A stretch of 64,000 bases of DNA from a virus. This document shows, one piece after another, positions 1-9,735 of this stretch. The notes under the pieces were generated by a model. The model was not told where the DNA came from. It made no database searches and worked only from the letters and a program-made list of their open reading frames with translations. Position numbers and translations under genes: made by a program. Location: the IMG/VR virus record IMGVR_UViG_3300018080_000149, positions 23,401 to 87,400 of that record; one strand, given 5' to 3'. The first letter of the stretch is position 1, and every line of letters begins with the position of its first letter.

Positions 1-1723
1 CGGTCCCCTCAATGAGGAGAACGTCGGGGTCGTTAGTGTTGGAGACCGCCCTGAGTACGTCGAGGACTCTCCCCTTGTACGCATTGGCGGATCGTACACC
101 ACGACCTTTGTGGCCGATGAACGGGCGCTCAACGTTTCGCCGCAGAAGACGGTGGAGCCACAGGCGCGACTCGACAACCTCCAACATGATATGGCCATCA
201 TTGTCAGAAGTCTTGTAAGTCGTGATGCCCTTGGCGAAGCGGATACCGACACCGGGGTCCGCCTCCAAAAAGAGGAGACCAGCGTTGATCGCGGCGGCGA
301 AGTCTGCGCTCTCGTCTGGGTCGAAGTCAGTAGCGACTGACCGGAAGTCATACGCTCTGACATACTTGAACGTCAACGGTGTACCGATGGGAGAGCCCGC
401 CATGATAGCCGCCGCAGCGACAGCCATACAGTGAGCCCCCATCCATTGGATGGTACCGGAAGGCCCCTCTCTGTACACCTCGTTCTGAGTGACTGCGAAC
501 CATTCGTTGTTGTAGCTCGCGAAGTCCGAGACCAACTGAGCCAGAGTCAAGGTTGAGGCGTGATTCCAGCAACCGAACCCCTGACACTCTGATCTTCCTC
601 CGATTGGGTTACGCGCGTTCAAGCTGTCAGTAATCCAACCGTTGACTGACGAGAGTGCGATAGCCCCACCAGCTCCATACGTAGCGTCCGAGAACGCCGA
701 CGCCAGAAACCGACAGTTGATCTTCTTTGCGACTTTGAGGGCCGCCTTGATGGTGGTCTCCGTCGACTCTCCCTGAGTACCACCAGCGAGGTAGGTTGTA
801 GTGAACGTGTCAGGCACGTAACCACCGAGCCATGTAGCCTCAACGTACACAGAGTTGGCGTTGATCCATGTGACCATGTCGTAGGACACGCCAAAGAACG
901 ACGCCACGCCAGCAATAGCTGTAGCGGCGAATTCATCCATGTACGTAGCCACTACTTCCGCTCGCTCGGGGCGGAGTACAGTAGCCTCGTAGATCTGTGC
1001 ACCGCCGAACTGGAAGGAGTTGATCTCCGCCACGAGTTCCTGGATCGTCTTGCCAGTGGCGGTGAACGTAGTGTCCTCACCAGCGGTGTCAGAGTCCATA
1101 GTGAGCGTAGTCCCGTCGAAAGCCGCAGTAGCCGTTGGGCCAGTGAAACCGGCGGCGGGACCGATAGAGATCCATTCGTCCGTACCAGCGACAGCGAACA
1201 CACCAGAGGCGTCGCTTGAATCTTGCTCGCCAATGTTGGGCGCGTTGTCGCGACCAACGACGATCTTGATACCTGTACCAGAGGCTTCGACCTTGGCCCA
1301 GGTTTGGTTGCCTTTGAGACCCCAGATAAGGTCTTGGATCTTGAGCGCGTCGTTGGCCGACGCGTCTTTGAGAGTAAGCTCGGCTTGCCCACTCTGATTC
1401 GTCTTGATCACGTACACCTTGTCACAGCCGCCGATGGGGACACCATCTTCGTCTTGACCGTCGAGTGCAGGACCAAAAGCGAACCGAGCGACCTCGGCGA
1501 GATACCCAGACTGGAAGGTGTCTATCATCTGTTGGGCACTGGTGAACACATGGTACACGGGGTCACTAACCGAAGCTTGGGGCTTCCCCGCGTCCGCTTC
1601 CCCAATAATGGCAATCGCTCGCTCCGCCCCGAGGTCGAGGTTTGTGAGCGCTGACATATTGGTGAAGGTGTATGCGCCAGGCCGGTAGAGAGTCTGACCC
1701 TTCCACCGGATGTTCCTTGGCAT
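1..1723 (-). CDS. Contractile tail sheath protein (runs off the left edge; absent from the ORF track)
   Basis: Manual translation from ATG at 1723: MPRNIRWKGQTLYRPGAYTFTNMSALTNLDLGAERAIAIIGEADAGKPQ...VYHVFTSAQQMIDTFQSGYLAEVARFAFG...IWGLKGNQTW. The RPG / IIGEAxxG / FxSGxL / WGxxGN pattern is typical of SPO1/Twort-type sheath N-termini. Lies downstream of the neck genes. Confidence 0.85.
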   Translation of the reverse strand, partial: MPRNIRWKGQTLYRPGAYTFTNMSALTNLDLGAERAIAIIGEADAGKPQASVSDPVYHVFTSAQQMIDTFQSGYLAEVARFAFGPALDGQDEDGVPIGGCDKVYVIKTNQSGQAELTLKDASANDALKIQDLIWGLKGNQTWAKVEASGTGIKIVVGRDNAPNIGEQDSSDASGVFAVAGTDEWISIGPAAGFTGPTATAAFDGTTLTMDSDTAGEDTTFTATGKTIQELVAEINSFQFGGAQIYEATVLRPERAEVVATYMDEFAATAIAGVASFFGVSYDMVTWINANSVYVEATWLGGYVPDTFTTTYLAGGTQGESTETTIKAALKVAKKINCRFLASAFSDATYGAGGAIALSSVNGWITDSLNARNPIGGRSECQGFGCWNHASTLTLAQLVSDFASYNNEWFAVTQNEVYREGPSGTIQWMGAHCMAVAAAAIMAGSPIGTPLTFKYVRAYDFRSVATDFDPDESADFAAAINAGLLFLEADPGVGIRFAKGITTYKTSDNDGHIMLEVVESRLWLHRLLRRNVERPFIGHKGRGVRSANAYKGRVLDVLRAVSNTNDPDVLLIEGT

Positions 1724-1726
1724 TCG

Positions 1727-2722
1727 TTATACCTCACCACATTCGGGGTCTTCACCCCATGTTACTAGGTCAGTTTGGAATTGAAGTGTCGTACTGCCTG
1801 ATCGTCCTGGCGTGTTGGCGTCAAGCTCAGCGTTAGCTCCTCGGAGCCCGCTATCAGGCGGCGGTGAAATGTGCTTGTAAGCCACCCAATCAATCAGACC
1901 ACTGATCGTGATTTCTGATCTGTATCCGATAGCCGGACGAATCTGATCCCACAAGGACATGCTGCGAAAACCGAAGTCAAGGTCGACCAAACCCGCTTCA
2001 AGGATCTCGTCGTGTTTTAGCTGAAGCTCTCGCCAAATCAGCCCTTCTAGGAACAAGGTCAGCAATGGGTTTTCGGTCTCGATAAAGACCACGCCATTGA
2101 ACCGGAACGTGTGGGCGTACAAGTCACCGCCAGTTAGCCCATACGAAGCAAACCTAGTAACAACTAGGCTGTCACCCGCTACAAGGGGTGAGGCCAGAGT
2201 TATCCGACGCGACGCCGAATCCACACTGAACTCGTCCTCGTCTGCATCTAGCTCGATACGCTGACCACCACGTATGACAACAACGTCAACAGAGGACGAG
2301 ATCAACTCACCTGTGACGGGCAGCTTGTAAACGGTTTCACCGCCTACGGCTGACTCCTCTAAAACCGTCTCGGTCTCGACAGGGTTGATGTCCTCGTCAA
2401 CAGCCCCAGCATCATCCCCAATAATTGGGTCCTCTGAGGGCATTGTCTCTCTCATGACAGTGATCATCGGTAGCTGTTGACGCTCAACCGGGAATCGTAA
2501 GGAAACTGACGGGGGTCTTTGCTGGAGTTTGTGGAGACAGGAGTCCACCTGATCGTTTGTCAACGTGGCGAACAGCCGCTCCTCTTGCTCATACTTCGCG
2601 TACTCACCTTTACCAAACACCTCTGGTAGGTGAGACAGCGCCGCGTGAAGAACAATCTGCGGGATCGTGATACCCGCGTTGTCCCTCACAGGCCGTAGGT
2701 ATCGGGGACGAAGTTTCCTCAT
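1727..2722 (-). CDS. Putative tail completion/terminator protein
   Basis: 331 aa immediately upstream of the sheath. The FPxxxxxLPxIxV motif and position fit myovirus tail-terminator genes. Confidence 0.5.
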   Translation of the reverse strand: MRKLRPRYLRPVRDNAGITIPQIVLHAALSHLPEVFGKGEYAKYEQEERLFATLTNDQVDSCLHKLQQRPPSVSLRFPVERQQLPMITVMRETMPSEDPIIGDDAGAVDEDINPVETETVLEESAVGGETVYKLPVTGELISSSVDVVVIRGGQRIELDADEDEFSVDSASRRITLASPLVAGDSLVVTRFASYGLTGGDLYAHTFRFNGVVFIETENPLLTLFLEGLIWRELQLKHDEILEAGLVDLDFGFRSMSLWDQIRPAIGYRSEITISGLIDWVAYKHISPPPDSGLRGANAELDANTPGRSGSTTLQFQTDLVTWGEDPECGEV

Positions 2723-3156
2723 CTTATTGCCTCGCTAACATAGCTAGCGAGTTTCTCCCGGACACGCTCAACAACATTGGCCCCTTTGAAGCCTGGATGT
2801 TTCCATCCTTTGCTATTGGCTGTGACGGTACGGAACTCAGGCTCAGACTGGCCCGGGAGCTGAAGCGGGATTACCCTGCTAAACTGTCCCTTCAAAAGCC
2901 CAGGCTTCATGTCAAAGGACTTCCATCCTGTCTCAAGCAGCCTAGCCACTTTGTCTAGAATGTAGGCTCCTGGCCGAGTCTTGTATGGTGTGATCGCGTG
3001 TAGGTACCTGTTCTTTGCCCTAGCGGACAACCCAGCTCGTTCAACCTCGTTACGCCAGAGTTTCACAGCTACGTTAGCTATGTTCCTACGAGAGCGTGCG
3101 AGTTTACCACGAGCCACATTGGCCAATGAACCTTTGATGGTGAAGCGGGCTTTCAT
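2719..3156 (-). CDS. Putative neck/tail-completion protein
   Basis: 145 aa, basic, with LETGWKSFDMKPGLL and WKHPG motifs. Sits in the neck cluster with ATGA overlaps. Confidence 0.5.
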   Translation of the reverse strand: MKARFTIKGSLANVARGKLARSRRNIANVAVKLWRNEVERAGLSARAKNRYLHAITPYKTRPGAYILDKVARLLETGWKSFDMKPGLLKGQFSRVIPLQLPGQSEPEFRTVTANSKGWKHPGFKGANVVERVREKLASYVSEAIR

Positions 3157-3971
3157 GAGCCCTCCCCAGAGTCGACGTCGCCGCGCTGCGAGACATCTTT
3201 CTCGAACCTACCAGACCAAATATCAGCTCTGACAGCGCTACAGGACTGAGGCATCTTTACCCACTCCTCCGAGCCATCCTTCGAGAAGGCCGTGGACATT
3301 TGTCCACGAAACGCAGAGGACAGGGAGTCAATGATGTAGTATGGAGACGCCATGAAGACACCACTAATGATGCTCTGATCCCACACAACACCCCTCTCTG
3401 GAAAGCGAAGGATGTTTTTCTTTCTGTCAAGCTGGTAGTCTGTGCCTCGGTTCAAGACACGTATCTTTAGAGTCGTGGGTTCGTTAGTGACAAGAGAGCG
3501 GACGTCCTGTACGTCAAACGGAAGTCTTATGCCCTTCATCCTGGCGTGGTATCGCCTAACGTGGCGGATAGGAACAATCGTCCTATACAGGTGAAGCCTA
3601 TCCCCCTCTGCGATAGTCACGTCAGAGGGCGTCACGACTCTTATTTGGTTAGTCGACAGTGTACCCTCGGGAATGTAAGAGTCCGATGCGCCAGACCCCA
3701 TCACTGGGGCCATGATCTCAATCGGATCACCTGGATAAGCGTAGCCTGTTCCGCTACACTCCGGGCAATCAACAACAGCTTCTCCAGACCCACCTTCCCG
3801 AATGGGTTTGATACATGGACAGATGACATGTGGTGTGAGCTTTATGGGCGTACCCCGCTGACGCAACAGAGTGTTGAGCCACGGAACCTGTTTCGCCAGA
3901 TCGAATCTCATAAATGAGTTCGGAAGACGGGGCAGATTCAGACGGGGGAGCCCATTATCGTCTTTCGACAT
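3153..3971 (-). CDS. Putative head-closure/neck protein (Twort-like, Cys motif)
   Basis: CPC...CPECSGTGY motif as in Herelleviridae-type neck proteins. Start moved to MSKDD (3971), which has a GGGAGG RBS. Confidence 0.55.
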   Translation of the reverse strand: MSKDDNGLPRLNLPRLPNSFMRFDLAKQVPWLNTLLRQRGTPIKLTPHVICPCIKPIREGGSGEAVVDCPECSGTGYAYPGDPIEIMAPVMGSGASDSYIPEGTLSTNQIRVVTPSDVTIAEGDRLHLYRTIVPIRHVRRYHARMKGIRLPFDVQDVRSLVTNEPTTLKIRVLNRGTDYQLDRKKNILRFPERGVVWDQSIISGVFMASPYYIIDSLSSAFRGQMSTAFSKDGSEEWVKMPQSCSAVRADIWSGRFEKDVSQRGDVDSGEGS

Positions 3972-4094
3972 GGTGAGCCTCCCTAGAGGAGTGACCAGCC
4001 AGCGCCGGGCCGCAAAGCGCCAAAGATACCAGGCGGAACGGGCGACCAACCTGATACCTGGCTAATCACCCCACTAGGGGGGCTCACCCGGCAC

Positions 4095-4925
4095 TCACAA
4101 CAAAGCGATACCTGGCCTTCTCCACTGTTTCTGAAGTGTCTGGATGAGGCCAGGAACGCCCTGTTCCCCATACAACTCTCTACGGTGCATGATGATCCTG
4201 GCCGAGTAAGCCGCGTTCTCAGCGGAGGATGTCGTGTTGACTGACGTCGACACGCCATCCACTGACCCTGAAATGCTAGCGATACCGGCTCCAAGGACAA
4301 TGTCCCCAAGGATGTTGAGCGGGTGAATAGCCGCCCGAAGTGAAACAGCGCGAATTATGCTCTGTCTCATTCGGCGGTCCTTCCCATTCTCGTCCTTCAT
4401 CCCCTCAATTCCAGCATCGTACTCTACCCTAATCAGAGACGGAGCCCTGTGAGCTTTCACAACGCCAGGGAACAGAAGGGCGTAGTATGGGTCGTAGTTA
4501 TTGCTAATACCCAACATAGGAAGGATATTGACAATACCGAACTTTGACCCCGAGCCGTGGATCTGAATCAGATCAGAAGGCACATCCCACAAGTCCTGAC
4601 CTTGTTCACCATAAGTCAGCTTCAAGCTGTGAACACGAATAACAGGGTACCTACGAAGATTCACTTGCATGAAGTCCTCGAAAGTGTCCATGTCGTAGTC
4701 GTGTCGTTCAACGATGTGCTCATCAAACCTTATGGCGACATCCAGTGTGTCCTCCAACCAGTCAATAGACTCCTCGATTGCCTGTTGGATAACAGAGTCG
4801 GGGATAGTCTGTGACGGGTTCTGAGGATTGGGAAGCGCGACCTCTCCGGTCTCAGGGTCTTCTAGGTATATGCCAAAGAAGTGTTGACGAACCAACCACT
4901 GAGGGGTGAGGTCCTTTAGTAGCAT
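4095..4925 (-). CDS. Putative head-tail adaptor (neck 1)
   Basis: 276 aa with ERHDY, LRRYPV, VEYDAG and SVDGVSTS motifs. Located downstream of the capsid genes. Confidence 0.6.
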   Translation of the reverse strand: MLLKDLTPQWLVRQHFFGIYLEDPETGEVALPNPQNPSQTIPDSVIQQAIEESIDWLEDTLDVAIRFDEHIVERHDYDMDTFEDFMQVNLRRYPVIRVHSLKLTYGEQGQDLWDVPSDLIQIHGSGSKFGIVNILPMLGISNNYDPYYALLFPGVVKAHRAPSLIRVEYDAGIEGMKDENGKDRRMRQSIIRAVSLRAAIHPLNILGDIVLGAGIASISGSVDGVSTSVNTTSSAENAAYSARIIMHRRELYGEQGVPGLIQTLQKQWRRPGIALL

Positions 4926-5381
4926 CTACCGCCTCTTCGTCTTCTTGGGCTTCTTGGGCTTCAGCTTCGGCTTCGGCTTCGGCTTCGGCTTTTGCTTTTG
5001 TTTCTTGGAAGGTATCTTGACAACAGTTTTGGATTCAGCCTCATCACCATCCACAACCTCGCCAACAGTAACGCCCGGGAGGTCTTCATCGGAAGGCATG
5101 TCTTCTACCGACACAGCCTCCGTGACAACCTCCGTGGTAGGCGCAATAGGCTTCACAGGTACAGACGGTGTGGGAGCTGGCGACTTTTTGTTTTTTGTGA
5201 GAACGCCATAGCTTTTGTACATGTTAGCAATGACAAAAGCCGCAACATCGTCACTTACCGGGTCGCTTACTTCATACCCATCGTCACCTTTGCGAAGTGT
5301 AACGACCTCACTACCAATCAACAAGGTGAATGGCTCGGAATCTCGCCGATGTGAGGGCGCTTTCGCCTTTAGTCTTTTCAC
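4926..5381 (-). CDS. Hypothetical protein with (KP)n basic C-terminal tail
   Basis: 151 aa ending KQKQKPKPKPKPKLKPKKPKKTKRR. Abuts the next gene. Confidence 0.65.
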   Translation of the reverse strand: MKRLKAKAPSHRRDSEPFTLLIGSEVVTLRKGDDGYEVSDPVSDDVAAFVIANMYKSYGVLTKNKKSPAPTPSVPVKPIAPTTEVVTEAVSVEDMPSDEDLPGVTVGEVVDGDEAESKTVVKIPSKKQKQKPKPKPKPKLKPKKPKKTKRR

Positions 5382-5391
5382 GGGTGACCCC

Positions 5392-6165
5392 CTAAATGTC
5401 CGTATCGGGCAGGGCGTCAGGAATAGTGGCCGACGGATCTGTCAACGCGCCAGCGGAAATGGCGGCAACGTCCGCTGTGGCCAACGGTGTGTGAACAGCC
5501 AAACGTCGAGGGTACCCCTGAGTAAACCATGCAGTCTGAACAGCGGTAACGCCGTTTGTGAAGTTCTCCGGGATCTGAATCACACCAACGCCGACCTCAC
5601 CAGACGGGACACGAGGGGCCTCGACAGGAGCCGCAGCCGCTACCGCCGAAATCGTCTGTGACAAAACACCAGCGGAAGAGACACCGAGCGTAATAGCTCT
5701 GTACTCTCCAGCACCAGTGTCCGCCCCAGCGCCGCCAGCGTCAATCTGGGTGTCCTGAGTGGCAGCGTACACAGCGGCTAGGTACACACCATTGACCACA
5801 GCGTCGATAGCCGTACCATTCTCAAACTGTGTGTTACCGCCGCCACCAGTATTCTGCTTCCAATCAGGGTCAACCAGAATCTGGTTGAACGCCTTGTCCT
5901 CCAAATCAAGGAGACGATCTGCGATGTCGCCACCAGAGACAAGAAGCGCCCTGATAGCTGAGATAAGGACTTGGTAGTCCCCCGCAGTATTGAGTCGAGT
6001 CCGAAGCTCGTTGACGAGGTCTTGAACTCCACCACCAGAAGCGAGGGAAGCGTGAAGCTCACGCATGAAAGTCGTCCACTGGTAGAAACGTGTACCCAGC
6101 GTGTACTTCGCGAACGGGTACGGCCACTTGTTGAGAGCGGCCACGCTCTTAGGGATTCCGGGCAT
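5392..6165 (-). CDS. Putative virion (head decoration/fibre) protein
   Basis: Gly/Ala/Thr-rich and directly downstream of the capsid gene. Start MPGIPK (6165) has a GGAGG RBS. Confidence 0.55.
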   Translation of the reverse strand: MPGIPKSVAALNKWPYPFAKYTLGTRFYQWTTFMRELHASLASGGGVQDLVNELRTRLNTAGDYQVLISAIRALLVSGGDIADRLLDLEDKAFNQILVDPDWKQNTGGGGNTQFENGTAIDAVVNGVYLAAVYAATQDTQIDAGGAGADTGAGEYRAITLGVSSAGVLSQTISAVAAAAPVEAPRVPSGEVGVGVIQIPENFTNGVTAVQTAWFTQGYPRRLAVHTPLATADVAAISAGALTDPSATIPDALPDTDI

Positions 6166-6271
6166 TCTTTCCTCCATCGACGTGTGATTATGGGGCGACC
6201 CAATACAAAGTGATCTGAATTGGATCGCCACCATAACCACAACATCAGGGGCAGAGAACTAGTGGTTACTG

Positions 6272-7735
6272 TCAGACGGTACGACGCCCGATGTTCTTGA
6301 ACATCACCCAACGGTTGGGGATACGCATGATGAGCGCCACAAACATGACGAGAGCGAACCGCTCGGCCAGCGCAAGGGCCGGAAGAGGGATTCGGGTGAA
6401 GGGGAGAAGCTGCGACATGTGAAGAACGTTCTGGTTGAGTTCGCCGAAGAACGCTCGTGACATACCAGGCATGTCCGAACCATCGTCGTCCCAAACAGTG
6501 GTCGCGCCGGGGGTGAGAGCGGAAACCGGGAGGCGCTTTACGCAGCCCCACGGAGAGGCGGTACCGTCGGCGTAGGTATCTCGGCGGTAAATCGAGATGA
6601 AGGCCGGAGCGTTGACGAATCCAGCAGGGTTCGTGATTGTGATCCGAACCTTCTTCTGTCGGTCGGCGTAGGGAACCGCAATGCTAGCCGGGCTCGACAG
6701 AACCGGGACGCCCTCACCGAACTTGTTGCCGAAGGACGCCTGGTACTCAGCCTGGCCCGCGGAGCCAGCGCCAGCCGAGTTGAGGCCGAGGCTGTTGCCC
6801 CAGTCACCATCGCTGGACGCGATGAGGCCGGTGATGGCGACGGACGGATCAGGGGAAGGCGCGTTCAACGCAGCCTGTGTCGGTGGAGTCTCGCGAGTGA
6901 GACCCTTGTACAAGAAGAGGGGGCGAAGCATGTAGTCGCCACCAACCGTCATGAGACGGTCGACCTTCATACCAGCGGCAATTCCGCCACCCGCGACGGG
7001 GGTCGGAATGAACTGCTGCTTGAGGTAGCTCGCCGAATAGTCTTCGAGAACCTCGGTCGGAGCGTAGATGTGGGAGCCGACACCATAGTTTGACACAACA
7101 ACCTGACCGGCGTTGCGAATGTGGCCCTCCTCCAACGGCTGGCCGTGGAGATTGATCACGTTGTCAGCGGGGGCATCGCGCTCTACGTAGGTCTCCAAGC
7201 CGTCGATCTCCTCGAACTCCGCCCCAGCGACGCCAAGCTTGGCGTTCCCTTTGAACAGAGTGCGTTCGAGATTCGACAGAAGCCAGAGAGTACCAGACTG
7301 GGTGACCTCATTACGCTGGTCAACCAAGGTCCGAACCAAAAGGAACGGCATCTTGATCTCACGAACGTCGCCGAGGAACTTGATCAGACCGACTTGACGG
7401 TCATAGTCGCTGTCGTGCGAGAGAGGAAGCTCACCGGACGAGTACCACCCGCCCATCATGTCGCTTCCAAGAGAAGTGCGTCGCGCGTACTCGATGGCTG
7501 TCGATGTAGCCGCAACTTTGGGAACGTCGTTGTAGAACACGATGTGGCGATTCTGTTGTGTGAGAATCGCGAGAGTGTTCTCCAAGAACTCAAGACGCCA
7601 AGCTGCGCCGCCCGCCTGGGAAGCGCCTCCGACGTCGTAACCTGAGTCAATGGCTTTACGGAGCATCTCGAACTCGTCGCCACTCATGGCTCCGAACCCA
7701 CGATGTCCCGCTGCCAGGGAATCGCCGAAATTCAT
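6272..7735 (-). CDS. Major capsid protein (HK97 fold, SPO1/Twort-like)
   Basis: N-terminal LRKAIDSGY...GGAAWRLEFLENTLAILT...IVFYNDVPKVAATSTAIEY, plus IKFLGD and FEEIDGL, resembles phage K/A511-type Cps. Follows protease and scaffold. Confidence 0.92.
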   Translation of the reverse strand: MNFGDSLAAGHRGFGAMSGDEFEMLRKAIDSGYDVGGASQAGGAAWRLEFLENTLAILTQQNRHIVFYNDVPKVAATSTAIEYARRTSLGSDMMGGWYSSGELPLSHDSDYDRQVGLIKFLGDVREIKMPFLLVRTLVDQRNEVTQSGTLWLLSNLERTLFKGNAKLGVAGAEFEEIDGLETYVERDAPADNVINLHGQPLEEGHIRNAGQVVVSNYGVGSHIYAPTEVLEDYSASYLKQQFIPTPVAGGGIAAGMKVDRLMTVGGDYMLRPLFLYKGLTRETPPTQAALNAPSPDPSVAITGLIASSDGDWGNSLGLNSAGAGSAGQAEYQASFGNKFGEGVPVLSSPASIAVPYADRQKKVRITITNPAGFVNAPAFISIYRRDTYADGTASPWGCVKRLPVSALTPGATTVWDDDGSDMPGMSRAFFGELNQNVLHMSQLLPFTRIPLPALALAERFALVMFVALIMRIPNRWVMFKNIGRRTV

Positions 7736-7802
7736 TGAGTTGTCCTCCCGAAACTGATGATCGGATTTCGATCAGGGTTTACTCCGATTGTGTTGTTGCT
7801 TG

Positions 7803-8096
7803 TCAGCCCGCCGCGACCCTGGAACGCGCGGCCATGGAACGCCGACCAGTCGCCGTCTGTGCTGAAGCCTCGCGAGAGGCCGCCAGAACGGCCTCTCGCG
7901 AACGTGCCTCACGGTCCCGGGCGGTGGCGGCGCGGTTCCGAGTGATCACGACCTTCGCGAGCTGGTTCTGGAAGCGATTGATGTCGGCCTGGTTGCCCTC
8001 ACGGCGGGCCTGAGCCAGAGCATCTCGAATACCGGGCTCTCGGGCGTTCGCCTCGGCGACGGTCCACCCAGCGTGAACGAATGCAGTACGATTCAT
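7803..8096 (-). CDS. Small Arg/Ala-rich head-region protein
   Basis: 97 aa with a strong GGGGAGG RBS, between scaffold and capsid. Confidence 0.65.
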   Translation of the reverse strand: MNRTAFVHAGWTVAEANAREPGIRDALAQARREGNQADINRFQNQLAKVVITRNRAATARDREARSREAVLAASREASAQTATGRRSMAARSRVAAG

Positions 8097-8167
8097 TGTT
8101 TCCTCCCCTAGTGGGAATTTTCGTGAAAGCGGCCCGGCTTTTACGATGTTTGGATACCGCCCTATCT

Positions 8168-8809
8168 CTAGAGCTTCTGCGACTCGATGAGCCCCTTGAC
8201 GATTCGCTGACCGCCAGGCGACAGCGAAGGGATGAAGTCCTCGACCTCGACAACACGCATCGAAGAACCGCCACCCAGAGAGGACTCGGCCTTCATGACA
8301 TCGTCAGGGGTGCAAGCCTCATCCTTGGAACCTTCAACCAGAACACGGACCACGTCGGCCTTCGACAGTGTAGCCCCCTCCAGGGGATTCACCTGCGGAG
8401 CGTCGACAGGATTGTCCGTCTGAGCGTCGAGGACTTCCTGGGCCTCACCCTTCGAGAGCGCAGCCTTACGAGGTCGAGGAACCGCACCAAGCGACACAAT
8501 GGCCTCGCTGAGATTCTCAAGCTTCTCATTGAAGCCCTTGAGAACGTCTCCGAGCGCAGCCGTAGCCGCCATGTTGTTACCGACAGCTTGAGCGAGAAGC
8601 TCGACGTTGGCGTCCTGGTTTCTGGCCAAGGACAGCATGAAGTCGTCAGCCTGAATCAACTCAGCGACGTCGTCTTCCGCCTTGATCATGTCAATCTCGA
8701 CGTCACTTTTCTGCACGTCCTCTTCCTCTGTCTCGACGACCTCTTCCTCGGGCTCCTCACCCTTGAGAAGATCCATAGCGCTGTCGATGTCGTTAGCGAA
8801 GTTGCTCAT
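8168..8809 (-). CDS. Putative capsid scaffolding protein
   Basis: Acidic and helical, with repeated hydrophobic-x-K-[AGS] sites. Lies between protease and capsid. Confidence 0.65.
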   Translation of the reverse strand: MSNFANDIDSAMDLLKGEEPEEEVVETEEEDVQKSDVEIDMIKAEDDVAELIQADDFMLSLARNQDANVELLAQAVGNNMAATAALGDVLKGFNEKLENLSEAIVSLGAVPRPRKAALSKGEAQEVLDAQTDNPVDAPQVNPLEGATLSKADVVRVLVEGSKDEACTPDDVMKAESSLGGGSSMRVVEVEDFIPSLSPGGQRIVKGLIESQKL

Positions 8810-8838
8810 TGATTTCTCCCATGGTGGTGAAGTCTGGG

Positions 8839-9735
8839 CTACTCGCCCAGTCCGAACACCTTGAAGCAGTCTGTCAGCGAAGCTTCGCTGACAAGGAATG
8901 TGTAGAGGGCGGACTCAGCTTTTGTGAGCCTCCCCCCACGCGTACCGGAGATATTGACAAGTGCTGTTCCGATCTTGTGAAGCTCCCCGCTCTTGTCGAG
9001 CTTACCAAGGAGCTTAGCGTTTTGTTCCGAGAACGCGACGAGGTCTGCGTAGTCGCCTTCAACCTCTTCCTTCCTCACAGCGGCTCCTCCCTTTTGGTCG
9101 GTACCACCGATCTCGAAGCCTGAGCCGAGTGCCTTAGTGATGGCTGACGTAACGAGCCCTTCGACTCGCTCGATGATCTGATCCCGATCACTGTCATCAA
9201 GAATTGGGGCAAACCTGTCAGACGCCCCGTCCTCTTCGTGGACAATAGCCTTGACCAGCGCTTCTGCCGTTGTATCCGTGTTCTTCGGAGTCGGCGTCAG
9301 AGCGATGTTCATCACCTTGGCCTTTTTGATTGCGCCTTTAGGCCCCACCGCGAGTTTCTTTCCCTCGAGTGACAGCCCAAGAGAGCGGCCAGTACCCTTG
9401 AGAGATCTGCTGAGTTCCCAAACTTCTTTGGCGAAGCTGTGATCCTTCAGCAGTTCAAACTCAGTGTAAAGCCCCTTCCCGAGGGATTCGCCCCTGTCGC
9501 GAAGCTCTGCCACCTTTGGGATTCCGATGATCTTGTGACTCTGGTGGTTCCAGTTGATCCAGCCGCTCTTGAGCAGCGGGTCGACGTCCAAGCCTTCCTG
9601 GATAACTCGCTCGCCATCGGCGTCAAGGTTAGGCGTAGAGGCCCAACCAAACATCCTCATCTCGTTGCCTTCACCGGCTTTGAGGAAACCAACGTCGTCA
9701 AGCGTACACACCATGTCAAAGCGTTCTGAAGACAT
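8839..9735 (-). CDS. Prohead maturation protease
   Basis: GWAST..D.DGE, INWNH (His), LGLSLEG (Ser) and IALTPTPKN motifs of HK97/herpes-fold prohead proteases. Probable start MSSERF. Confidence 0.88.
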   Translation of the reverse strand: MSSERFDMVCTLDDVGFLKAGEGNEMRMFGWASTPNLDADGERVIQEGLDVDPLLKSGWINWNHQSHKIIGIPKVAELRDRGESLGKGLYTEFELLKDHSFAKEVWELSRSLKGTGRSLGLSLEGKKLAVGPKGAIKKAKVMNIALTPTPKNTDTTAEALVKAIVHEEDGASDRFAPILDDSDRDQIIERVEGLVTSAITKALGSGFEIGGTDQKGGAAVRKEEVEGDYADLVAFSEQNAKLLGKLDKSGELHKIGTALVNISGTRGGRLTKAESALYTFLVSEASLTDCFKVFGLGE

